This document shows positions 22,066 to 38,009 of a stretch of DNA of 64,000 bases, piece by piece. The translations under genes and the position numbers were made by a program. The DNA lies in NCBI GenBank assembly GCA_964035545.1, contig CAXIUT010000289.1:62001-126000 (forward strand), in the 5' to 3' direction. Positions within the stretch are counted from its first letter, which is position 1, and the number at the start of each line of letters is the position of its first letter. Below the pieces are notes generated by a model. That model was not told where the DNA came from and did no database searches. It saw nothing but the letters and a program-made list of their open reading frames with translations. The stretch comes from Bugula neritina (Eukaryota; Animalia; Bryozoa).

Positions 22066-22256
22066 TTTTTTCCGGAAATGTAAATATAAATCTCAAAGTT
22101 GGCTGCTGTTATATAAACAAATATTATAATAACTTTTGTTAACAAAACATGACTCAGACTTAATTTCAATTTTTAAAACTATTTTAAACATGCTTTTGAC
22201 AAACAATTATAAAGTAGTTCATCAAAAGACTTTTTTGACAAGAGTTACTTTTCAAG
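22066..22256. promoter_or_regulatory. Bidirectional promoter between MRPL21 and CSTF2
   Basis: Divergent ATGs only 191 bp apart; ETS-like CCGGAAAT at ~22072, AP-1-like TGACTCA at ~22150. Confidence 0.75.
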
Positions 22257-25200
22257 ATGTCAGCCCCCTATATTGACCGAGAAAAGCAGCTAAGATCGGT
22301 TTTTGGTAATTATCTAGCTATTGTATTTCTGTCACTATCAGTCTATGGTTTTCTATAAAGTCAGCAGTACGACTTTTGCTAAACTGTTATTTTGATGACG
22401 TTTTATGTTTGTAATTTCATTTTAATAAAGTAGTATATATTGGAAGCGGAGGATCATTATCGTACACTTAACAGTTAACACTAACAGTAACAGTAACTGT
22501 AAGTGTAACAGCAACACTAACTTACTCTAACAGTAACAGTTATTGTAACACTAACAGTAACTCTGGGTCAGTTTCACTTAGTAAGTGTGACTTGGTTTTA
22601 CAGATACTGTTACACTTACTATTAGTATTACTATTAGTGCTTCTAGTTCTACAAAACTCGTAGTAGTACTTGTCAGTGAAGATGCCGTTGTCGTTGAGCT
22701 TAATGACTATGAGTGTGAGTTAGAGTAAGTCTAACAGTAACAGTAAGTGTAACACGGCCCATGACCAGTAGCATTATCATGATCTGCCATAATTATGAGG
22801 ATCACTACATGTACTCGCTATGACTATGACTAGTACTACGCCTACTGAGTACTGACACTTGCCCATTTTAATTGCATAAAAAAGTCGTAATGTTAATAAT
22901 AATAATATCTTTAGATATCTTTGAAGTTTGAAGTTCAACATATCGAGCACACTGGGACACTCAAGATCTAAGACTTATTAGATATTGTGATTATGATTGT
23001 CATTAATTTAGATGATTGGTTATACTGATATGGTTATAGTCTACAGGAGTGCCTCATTTGGTCTAACTTTACATTGTGAAATTCATTTGACTACAGCCAC
23101 AGGTTAAGCAGATGTTAATGATTTGAATTTTTTAATCTTTATTCTTTCTGGTGTTTTTTAGTCTAGTAATTGTGACTATAATTTTAGTTGGCAATATCCC
23201 GTTTGATGTTACGGAGAGTGAGCTTCGTGATAAGTTTGAACAAGCTGGTCCTATTGTTAGCTTCAGGTACGTGAGATCTTGTGATTTATCTCAGTCACTA
23301 GGTGATGTTTAGAGCTCTACTCAGACCCTGTGTGCATTGGTTTTGTGGGTAAGTTTGCATTCTGCTGGGATGTTAGTGGAAATAAGCCTCATTTTTTATA
23401 TTATTTTGCATTATATGTGTTCATTATATGCTAGTGATAGTAATCATTAAGGGTTAGATTTACATAATGTGGTACTACATGTAACTGACTTGAAGCCAAA
23501 GAGAACCGGCTATTAATAGCTGTAAATTACGACCATTATATCATAATGCCTTCTGCTATTAAGTTAACAATATTTTGATGACTCATCAAACACAGAAAAA
23601 TGATTCAATCTTGTTTTAATTGTAAATATGAGTCGCTCTTTGTTGATAGGTTCGTTTTAGTTTAAAGTTGTTCATGTAAGTTAATCTGGTCACCTATTAT
23701 AGATCAGTTGCTGTTATAGATTAGTCCATGATCGTGAAAGTGGTAAACCCAAAGGTTATGGATTTATTGAGTACCAGGATGTAGCGACGGCCAACAGCTG
23801 TGTACGGAATCTCAACAATGTGGAGTACAATGGCCGACCTCTAAGGGTCGGGCCCGCTGCCGGGGGCGACCAGAATAACGAAAATATTAAAGCCCTTCAG
23901 CAAGCTTTAGGAGGCCTACAACAGGAGTCTCCTTATGGGGACCCTGTTGATCCTACTGATGCACCTGAGGCTATATCTAAAGTAGGCCACTCCGCATTAC
24001 AATATTACAGTAGTTACTGTTACTAGAGTATACGGTATACTGAGTAGTTACTGTTACTAGAGTATACAGTATACGGAGTAGTTACTGTTACTAAAGTATG
24101 CAGTATACTGAGTAGTTACTGTTACTAGAGTATGCAGTATACTGAGTAGTTACTGTTACTAGAGTATACAGTATACTGAATAGTTACTGTTACTAGAGTG
24201 TATAGTATACTGAGTAGTTACTGTTACTAGAGTATACAGTATACTGAGTAGTTACTGTTACTAGAGTGTATAGTATACTGAGTAGTTACTAGTTTACTGA
24301 TTGGCTGTTGAGTTTAAGGTTGATTTTGATAGGCTGTCTCTAGTCTGCCCCCAGAGCAGATGTTTGAGCTGATGAAACAGATGAAGCTGTGTATACAGAA
24401 TAACCCCAATGAGGCTAGGAACATGTTACTACAGAATCCCCAGTTGGCATATGCACTGCTTCAGGCTCAGATTGTCATGAAGATAGTTGACCCTCAAGTA
24501 GCTATGGTAAGCAACTGTTAATAGTGCAACTGTTGATAGTGTAGCTGTTGCTAGTGTAGCTGTTGATAGTTTAACTGTTGCTAGTGTTGCTGTTGATAGT
24601 GTAGCTGTTGATAGTGTAGCTGTTGATAATGTAACTGTTGATAGTGTAAGTGTTGATGGTGTAACTGTTGATAATGTAACTTGGTTTAGGCGCTGCTGCA
24701 CAGGGAAAGGGATGCAGCGCCTGCTTTAAAAACTGACGACCCCCCTAAACCTGTCATACCCACCCCTGCTGTGAGCAGACCAGGTGGAGGGGGACTCCTA
24801 GGGGAACATCCCGGGGATCACACCCCTGCCCCCTCTAACAGACCACCTGGATTATTAGACAGGTTAGTTTTGTCATTTAGCTTTGGTATTGATCGCTATT
24901 ATCAGCTCTGCATACCATTATCTTTCTATGGAATAAGTTCCTATGGAAATTCTCTTTTGCTCAACTTCTATTTTGTGTTTTACTCCTACTTTATAGCCAC
25001 GAGCCTGCCATGACCCACCAGTCTGATAGGTGGTCCGGCGGCTCTGGGGGGTCCGATCCACGCGGTCCTTCCAATATGTCCCGTAATATTGACCCTCGGG
25101 GGCCTCCAGTTGAGCTAGACTATAGAAGAGGTGGGCCCGGTCTGGACCCTAGAACTGGTCCAGGAATGGACCCTAGAGCCGGGCCTGGAATGGACCCTAG

Positions 25201-26569
25201 AAGTCGACCTGGTATGGACCCGAGAGGTGGACCTGGAATGGATCCTCGTGGTGGGCCCGGAATGCGAGGCGGGCCAGGAATGGACCATAGAAGTGGCCCA
25301 GGAATAGACCCCCGCGGTGGCCCAGGCATGGATTCCCGTGGTGGTCCCGGAGTTGACCCAAGAGGTAAGGGCACACCATCGAGTGTTAATACTGACTGAG
25401 GGTTAGTAGTGACTAAGTGTTAGTAGTGACTGACTAAGTGTTAGTAGTGACTGACTGAGTGTTAGTAGTGACTGACTGAGTGTTAGTATTCACTTAGTGT
25501 TAGTACTGACTGAGTGTTAGTATTCACTGAGTGTTAGTATTTACTGAGTGTTAGTATTCACTACTATTGGAACATCTCATAGTGGAATTACTTTTGATGA
25601 CACCATTACATTGCCTCTTTTAGACAGACGTGATGTGGACTACCGAGGAATAGATCGAGATTACCGGAGAGATCCCCGTGATTCACGACCTCCTCCAGGT
25701 CACTGCATAGTATTTACTCTAGTCAGCTGAAAACATTAGTGTTAATATCATTCTCTGTGTCGTCGCGCTCTATCAAAGCTGATTAGATTATACTTCTGTG
25801 ATTCCTTTATTTTGTTTGTGAGACTCTTTTAACCAATTTCCTTGAGTTATTCAAATAAGGAATCAAACTTTTGTTTTGGTCTCATGTATGGCACCATTTC
25901 CTTCACTAGCTCGTTTTTGCACTTTACGTTGTTTCTGTGCTATTTGTTGTTTCTATGCTCTATGTTGTTTTGTGTTTCAGGCGGCCTATTAGATCACCCC
26001 AGGGACGACATGAGGTCATCAATGGGTGCTTCCGCCAGACCTGGACCACCCGGTAGTTCGCAATTTTCTCCGAGACTTGGTGGAGCTCCCGGGAGAGCCG
26101 CACCAGCATCAGCTGTAAGTTACATTATGCCAGCTGGCTGGTGGCTGACAGACCCCGCACTGTTCACGAGTCAGTTTGCTCTATTCACGAGCTGTAACCG
26201 CCTGCTTGTACTATTCACCAGCTGTAACAGTCTGCTTGTACTATTCACCAGCTGTAACCGCCTGCTTGTACTATTCACCAGCTGTAACAGTCTGCTTGTA
26301 CTATTCACCAGCTGTAACGGTCTGCTTGTACTATTCACCAGCTGTAACCGTCTGCTTGTACTATTCACCAGCTGTAACCGTCTGCTTGTACTATTCACCA
26401 GCTGTAACTGTCAGTTTGCTCTCTGCAGGGTTCCAGTGATGAGGATAAAGAGAAAGCAGCTCTCATAATGCAAGTACTTCAGCTCACAGATGAACAGATA
26501 CAGCAGTTGCCACACGACCAGCGCCAGAGTATCCTCATACTCAAGCAGCAGATAGCTGGGGGACGCTGA
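22257..26569 (+). CDS. CSTF2: Cleavage stimulation factor 64-kDa subunit (CstF-64), ~484 aa, 9 exons
   Basis: Exons 22257-22305, 23188-23266, 23720-23981, 24333-24506, 24690-24862, 24997-25364, 25624-25698, 25981-26114, 26429-26569. RRM (RSVFVGNIPF...DRESGKPKGYGFIEY), hinge (SLPPEQMFELMKQMKLCIQNNPNEARNMLLQNPQLAYALLQAQ), C-terminal domain (EKAALIMQVLQLTDEQI...QRQSILILKQQI). AATAAA at 26661. Confidence 0.96.
24009..24291. repeat. 34-nt intronic minisatellite (gagtagttactgttactagagtatacagtatact), ~8 copies
   Basis: CSTF2 intron 3. Confidence 0.95.
24512..24681. repeat. 15-nt minisatellite (gtgtagctgttgata) filling almost the whole intron
   Basis: CSTF2 intron 4 (24507-24689). Confidence 0.93.
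25381..25563. repeat. ~17-21-nt minisatellite (gagtgttagtagtgactgact)
   Basis: CSTF2 intron 6. Confidence 0.9.
26180..26410. repeat. 30-nt minisatellite (ctattcaccagctgtaaccgtctgcttgta), ~8 copies
   Basis: CSTF2 intron 8; contains cagct-gtaac resembling the upstream donor cagct|gtaagt. Confidence 0.95.
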
Positions 26570-27470
26570 TAGAACCCCTACTCTGCTGATTAGACTTGTA
26601 GTTCACAGGCTGCTAGTTGATGGAATGTTTCTGTGTTGTCATATACTGTACATAAAGTGTAATAAACAAAGCATTGATAGTTCTTTCTCTGTATTTCCTC
26701 TCTCAGTTGTCTTAGCTGATAATAAATTTTTTATTTTAATCCTAAAACACTTTATTTGTACTCCTCAGCTTGCATCCCCTTCAAGCCACTCTACCAGTGT
26801 ATTGCTGCATTATGTAATGTTTCACAGTTGCTGCTGTTGAACATACCTAACGTATTATACCAAGTTTTAGCTATATCCATGGGTACAGTTGTTTTGTTAC
26901 ACTCTTGGTGGCATACCTGTATAATAACTGAAGTTTGAGTAAAGTTACCTGTTAAACCTTATGCTAAGAGATCTGAGAGTGGGCTGTATGTTGCACCCCT
27001 CATCATGTTGGTAACATAGCCTGAGGGCTCACCATAGCAGAAGACACCATAAACAAACACTTTGTTCCACTTCACCAATAAACTTGATGTTTGAAAAACT
27101 GAGCATGTGTGCTCTTTACCATATTGATATAGGTAAACGCAAATATAAACTTTAATCTTTGCTCCCATTTGAAGGTTGCAACATGGATACATCTATTGAT
27201 ATGAAACTGTTATCTGCTCTCAGTTTGATACTTGAAGATTATATCGCATGTAGCTTGCAGTGGGATAAACTCTAACATTGCTTTAGTGATGCACTCACAC
27301 TGATTACAACATCTTCAGCTGTGATTTCTATGAGCTGCTGTTGGTATTCCTTCAGCTAGAAGCCGTTGCTATCAGCTTCTGATCTTATGTTAGCATACAG
27401 GCAATAGACTGAGCTCCAACCCAGTACTAGATCTTCACATTTGAAAGAAGGAGATTCGCAACCGACAGAT

Positions 27471-30439
<2,969 letters not shown>

Positions 30440-32023
30440 CAAACTTGTAATTTGTTGCAACTTTTTACACCGATATACATATCTCATCATTCACTTCACT
30501 TGACTAAAGTGTTATGTACCCAATACGGGTTTTGTGCATGAATTCATCTTTCAACAGAGATTTGAAAATCAATCATGAGTTTTTTGTCATACCATCAACT
30601 ATAATGTAAATATTTTAATTTATAATTGAACATTCAAATTAAAATAACATATTATTATAGTCAAAATAATTCAAACTACATTTTTGTCTTAATTTTACAA
30701 AAATAGATTCCTTCAAAAATACATTGACAGCGTCATTATTTGCTTGTACATTATACCCATTGAGTCTATGTTTAACTCTAGGTGTTGAACTTATGCATAA
30801 ATTAAAAACAATTTTGAGGTAATAACTCTCCAAAAACTTACAAATAAGCTTTTTGTTGATTGTGTCATCAAAATTTAAGAAGATTTTTGTTGTTGTTCAT
30901 AGAATACATACATGTTGATATCTTATTTTTCATTATGAGACTGTGCAGTTTTTTTCTTTAAACAAGATGTTATTAGTCAGCCTAATCATCAAACATTATT
31001 GATTTGCAAAACTGCTACTTGTTACAGTGTATACGCTGTAGATACTTTGCAACCTCAAGCTTTTAGTCACATTATTTGGCTTGAGCTCTAAAATTTTGAA
31101 AATGTGCATTTTACAAAGAGCTAGTTACACCAAACAATTGCACTACAACTTACAGCATAGCATACGATGTAACAAAATTGGGTGTACACTAATTTGCAGC
31201 ATTTTGGACAGTAAGTGACTAAACATACTATCTTTGTGCCATACCTATTTATACAATTTACAACTTTGCTGGAGGCAGGTATAGCATATGCAACTCCTGA
31301 GCCATATAATAATGTGTAGGCTGTTTTTATTTTAAAGCTTACTAATAGAAAGACATTTTGAACTATGCAATGTGAGGTTAGCAGTTTTGTTGTCATTTTT
31401 CACAACAATCCAAGTTATTGAAAGTAACAGAAACAAAACTGCATGGTATGGCATGTCAACAGGACTTCAAGGCTCTGTAATCAATATTCTCCACTTTAAA
31501 GTATCTACAATTAACAAAAGTTATGCAATAATTAAAAGAAAACTATAGAACATAACAAACTGTAGAGAATTTTAGTTCATGTACATTGGAAAGGCAACTC
31601 TCACCCCAATACTCTATTACCCTGGCGTGCATCAAAGGTGATGCACTCAGCCTGATACAGCATGTATGTTACGCTACTGACGTTCAGGACAAAGGAATAG
31701 GATAAGTAAGCCAATCATTATGTTTTTAGCTTGACTAACTTGCACCAATCATCTGGGGCCGCTGTAATAAACACGGTTTACATTTTTTGTTATATAAGGT
31801 TTTATGGACTAGCGCAGAAAATTTCCATATCTAAATATTTTTAGCTACTTCTTTGGTGTGCTGCATAAAGTTCTACTTTAAACACATTTCCTAAAAAACT
31901 GGTATCATAACTTTAAAATATTTAGAAATGTAATTTATTGTAAGCAAACTGTTGTGAAAGTTTCAAAAGATTTTAAGCATTTTTCATTTTTCATTTGTGA
32001 TTGCAGTCCTAATAGGTACTTAT

Positions 32024-32779
<756 letters not shown>

Positions 32780-34661
32780 TGGCAGCGCTTATAAGCCTTC
32801 CAAGGACCGTCTCTAAAAACTATTCTTGCAAAAGTATCTGCATATGATGAAACTCAGTATCATATTTCTGCACATTCACTCCCAAAGAATGACCTTGCTT
32901 TGCCATTCTAAAATGTTAGCCTAAATTAAATTCTTGACCTACTAAATGACAGTAAGTTTTAGGGTTATTATTTTGCTCTACTATTTTATATTTAAACTAA
33001 GTACAACAACAAAGTAACTGGTCATTTTCTTATAGCACTTATACTAATGTGTGTATATTAAAGTTTGGCTATGAGCATTAAATACAATACACTACTAACC
33101 TGTTCCTTACTATGTTCCAAGTCCAAAAGGGTATTTAAAATTCTTGTTTTTGCTTTTTCTATTAAATTTGCACCTTTTCCAGCAGCTAAAATATAGTTGA
33201 AAGTCATTAATTTTGTAATATCTCAATGTATTTATTTAGTTGATGAGCTTTAATATTACATAAAATGAAAATGTATATATGGTTGCTGTGTATGCTAATA
33301 TTTTATGCTGATGTAGTCAGTTTTAGATCAAATTACAGTACCTATAATAATATATAGTCACTGCTATGTATGCATTAGGAATCTTGCAAAAAAAGTGAAT
33401 TTTACACTGAATAAAACTCCTTAAATTTGACATGAGCACTACTGAACTGTTGAAAGCTTATCAGCTCAAAATACTTTTTTCCAAAGAGAATATTGTAACA
33501 CCGAGCCAAGGTGACACAGTCTCAGCTGTCTTTTAAGCATAAACAGCTTATGTACTCAACGTATAACACATTGGTTATTTATTGAAGCTGCTTTACTTTA
33601 GCTGAATGCATTTACAATATATAGATTCATGTACAGGTGCGTTAAACGTATATGTGCCTGTCCCTATAAAATACCTTCTGTCTCTGTTGAGTCACTTTCT
33701 TCTGCATGACTTTGTTTTTTAAATTGAATAAAATTTGAAACTCTACTTTCAAAAGAAACTCCACAGCAAGCGAGAGCAACCCCTTGCCGTCTTGCTCTTG
33801 TGCGCTCGTTACCTGCAAATGCATATTAAAGTATAGATGAATGGCTAATGGTTAGTGGTATTTCATAGTAATAAAATGTAGGCCTAAACACAAGCATGGA
33901 TGCTACCCTTGACCTACTTGGTAAGATGACATTGAAAAAAATTGGAGATAGAAGGTCAATGTAAAACATTTTCATCATCAAGTATCAACCCAAAAAAGTT
34001 TACCAGCTAATGAAAATTTATACAAATAAAACACCATAATAATAAACAAAGTTCAAAATAAGCTACATGCAAGTAAAAGCCTCATCAAAATCTTAAAACA
34101 ATTTGGACATGCAGAGCACTGCTCTGAAATGTACTATAATTATACCACCATATACACAAAGAAATCTTTCTGTGCTTAACTAACCACAACCAACAAACCA
34201 ATAATATCATAACCAATATTCAAAGCAGTTTTAGAGTCTGCAGTCAAAACAGTTGTGAAAGGTGAGTAATTCGCTAGAATTTAGACAACATGATTGCTAA
34301 CAAATTATGGCACAGCAGAAATAGCCAATTACACATGCAGTGAAAAAATTGCTCCTTATCATACTATAATAGGAAAACTTGCAAATGTGTCAAAAATATC
34401 ACACAATTAGTTTAAGAAGTCATTACTATAGCAAAATTATGCTCAGAATATTGCTGAAAAAGTTAAAACCTCATACTGAAATTATTTTTTCAGATTTCAA
34501 TGATGTTTCAATTGATTGATGAAGAAATACCGTCAGCTATTATAGCTATTACCATGAATTCATTGGCATTAAGAATGCTTTTGATCAGGTTATGTAACAA
34601 CACAACGCATTCTTAAATTTCTTGGTCGCCTACATCAGTGATAACTTCGTATAAGCAATAT

Positions 34662-35070
34662 TGTAGTGAATTTTGCCAGTTCACTATTATTATTTGTGGG
34701 TCTACTTAATCAAAGCCACTGCGACAGGTTGTTTACGATAAGATACTTTATTATTTACACAAATACAAGAAGGTTATTTACTGCTAGCATGAATAGAAAA
34801 CGATTACATAATTAGTGAGCTTTAATACACAACTGTTCTAAATGAAGTCCCAAGCTGCTCTGCCGGCTAGCTACTCAGCGCACTGCAACTACGAGTAGCT
34901 AGCTCCACCTGCTATCAATTAGTGTGACTGTCCTGATTGGTGGCTACTAATGGTGCCACTACTATCCATAGTTACACTCCGACAGTGTCGAACTCACAAG
35001 ATACATAAACAATATAGAGTAAACCTTTTCGATTAATATAATAAGAATTGCACTACTAAAATCTATCACA
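34662..35070 (-). mobile_element. Solo LTR (409 bp), 4-bp TSD ATAT
   Basis: TGTAGTG...ATCACA termini, ATAT on both sides, homologous to 37273-37689; AATAAA on the minus strand suggests the orientation. Confidence 0.8.
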
Positions 35071-36084
35071 ATATGCAATTCCTATAAAAAGAACGCATAA
35101 AATGCAGGTTTTAAGGGCAACCATTTAAGTGAATCATTTTCTACAATAATTGCTAGTGTGAAACAGGGCAGTCAGGTCATGTCAAAAATACATAAATTGA
35201 AATGGATAACATTACATGACTTTACAAAAGCCATTGACAAGACAATTGCTCAAGGCATCGCGCCAAGATACTAAGGACAAGGAGGTAAGAAAACTCCGAA
35301 AGAAGCATACTGGAATGGAAGATTAAAGAAAAGACTGCCATAATAATATTGTCCTGTCATATAAAAACAAAAGATGATTCTGATGAATAGAAAATGCAGT
35401 AATGCTCTTGTATATAGTGTTTATATAAATGGCATTGTCTGAGTACTAAGCATAGAATAAATTCTTAAAAAAAAACATCTTTTCAAACCAATGGTTTAAA
35501 AAAATGTAAAACATATTTTGTTGTCAAGACTGTGATTTTCCTTTTATATAGGTCATAGTAGTCAAAACTTTGATGTATACTTATAGTAAAGTACATTGTT
35601 TAACTCCGATTTGCAAAACTTATTTTACACTTACGAATGCAGGGAGAACAAGCCTGGTGTCCACAAGGTAAGTCATGCAGTGTATATTCAGACTTGTCGC
35701 AGCAAAACACACAAACTTTTACACCTTCTTGCTCATACACAACATCAGCAAAATCTTTGAAACAAGACTTTGCAGCCATAGCTCTGGTAATTGAGAACGA
35801 AGCACCGTGTTTGATGATCTATGTTTCCTTAGAAAATTGCTACAAATAAGCAGAAGCTGCTAATTTAATTAATTATATAATTTTCTCATCAGATTTATTT
35901 AGCAAAAATTTCATTATTCTGTATGCTAATTAAAATGACAATGCCTTTATTAAATTTTAATAAAAGTCTGAATTTTCCTTATATAAACATAGAATAGGTA
36001 AATATTTTCAGTTTAAGTTTTTTTTGAAAATTTACCTAGTTATTATTGAGCTTATTTCCTATTTAAATTTATTAAAACATAATT

Positions 36085-36225
36085 TCATTTTAAAAAATAT
36101 ACCAAAACATATTAAATATGTTTTGTTGCATTGAGTATAGTTTGAGCTTTATGAGTTAATAAAGATCAAACTATACCCAATACAACAAAAACTTAGTTGA
36201 TACGTTTTGGTAATTTTTCTGCAAT
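36085..36225. repeat. Imperfect long palindrome (MITE remnant or hairpin)
   Basis: ttttgttgcattgagtatagtttgagctttat pairs with ataaagatcaaactatacccaatacaacaaaa (3 mismatches in 32); pairing extends outward. Confidence 0.75.
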
Positions 36226-37272
36226 AAAACCAAGTTGTTATATTATTAGAGCAGAATAAAGTAATGGAACTGGCATACTATAAGCAATTTCTCACCCATA
36301 TCATATAGTGCAGCAACTATATAAATGTTTATTACAGTCTCTTCTTTTCATTGGGATGTACTTGTACAAAAAACACCTACCAAGTTTAAAGGCATGTTGA
36401 AGAGTGCTCATGCACATGTAATCAAGTTAGTGAGATCATATAAAATGAAATGATAATCTATAAGATAACGCAAAACACTGCAGATAACCCTATCGAAATT
36501 CATACCTCAAGAAACATCACTTAGTCAGAATTACATGGTATAGAGTGCATTAGTATATCTAGCACAGCCACTATGTCTATGAGTATAACCATTTGAGAAG
36601 GGAGGGAGGGGAGAGCGCTGTAAACTGTTGACAATCTTAAGTATTTTAATTTCTAGATATTTGTTGACTGACTAACAAAGTGCAAAAAGATGCAAGCGAA
36701 TCACAGGCATATAATACATAAGTTGGAATATATTCTAACAAAGATACACCAGCTTAGCTAGCATGCCTTTACTCAAATATAGATGTGTTTCTTCTAGTCC
36801 TTAAATTCAAATCACATAACATATTGTATAGGTTATTTGGCAGCGGTCTATTTTGCTGTCGTGCCCTGCTACATATACTGTGATGCCACATATAATGCTT
36901 TGAACTATTATGTCAACAAAATGTAAGTTATGTGCATCTTCAAATAAAAGAAAAACTATAGTAAAATTGAATACAGCTAACTTTCCTCCTTTACTACTTT
37001 ACTGTAGCTGCGCTGACTCACCCCATAACATTGACAGCCAACAGTCAACAAGCTATTGCAAAAACCTTCCATCAAAAGCTTTAACCAAAACACTTTGTAA
37101 TTGCAGCTATACTATTTGCTATATACTAGCTTTAATATTCAATATATATGAGATTCTAGTAGCTGATATTCAGTTGAAGGTCAGTCTTATTCATATGCTG
37201 CGTATTCCCTAATTACTGCTTTTCCATCAGCATAAGACCAATTGCATTAATATTTACAAATCATGCAGTTAT

Positions 37273-37689
37273 TGTAGTGAATTTCGCAATTCACTATATT
37301 ATATGTGGGTCAACTTAAACAAAGCCACTACACCAGGTTGTTTACGCTAAGATAGTTTATTATTCACAAGATACAAGAAGTTTTATTTACTGCTAACATG
37401 AATATAAACGATTACATAATTAGTGAGCTTTATACACAACTACTCTAAATGAAGTCCCAAGCTGCTCTGTCTGGCTAGCTACTCAGCGCGCTTCCACCAC
37501 GAGTAGCTAGCTCCACCTGCTATCAATTAGAATGTCAGTCCTGATTGGTGGTTACTAGTGGTGCCACTGCTGGCCATAGCTACAAGTCGCAGGAGGTCGA
37601 TGTAGTCGATCTCCACAATAGTATACAATATAGAGTTGGCCCTTTCGATTAATAACTAACAATAAATTGCACCACTGAAATCCATTACA
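37273..37689 (-). mobile_element. Solo LTR (417 bp), 4-bp TSD TTAT, same family as 34662-35070
   Basis: TGTAGTG...ATTACA termini, TTAT on both sides, colinear similarity throughout. Confidence 0.8.
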
Positions 37690-38009
37690 TTATTTCTTAT
37701 ATGTCAATCAAAATAATGTAGTTTGGCATTCCTATAGCTATGTATTGTTTCATATTTATTTTTCAAATCACTTCGACAAAGTGATTAAAGTTTGATATAT
37801 CATTTTGTGCTTTTTTAAATTAGGTGCCTCTGGAATCAGTACAGCAACAGGAGCTATCTAACAATTTAATACTACAGCAAAGTCAGCAGCTGGAATAGCA
37901 GGAGTTGCTGGAATCACAGCTGGTTCTATGGGAAGTGCTTGGTTAATGTCAAAAGCAGCAGATAAGTGTAAATATCTCATAGGAGTTGATGACAGAGGTT
38001 ATATGCTAG

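Noticed and set aside
25842-26468. 208-aa ORF and overlapping repeat ORFs
   Set aside because: Read-through of CSTF2 exon 8 into the 30-nt intronic minisatellite.
34641-34674. Exact loxP arm ATAACTTCGTATA
   Set aside because: Only one arm; the would-be second arm matches 7/13 and is the start of a solo LTR. No vector context, so most likely chance.
34662-37689. One non-autonomous LTR element (TRIM/LARD) spanning both repeats
   Set aside because: Each repeat has its own TSD, the outer flanks differ, and no PBS or PPT is evident inside.
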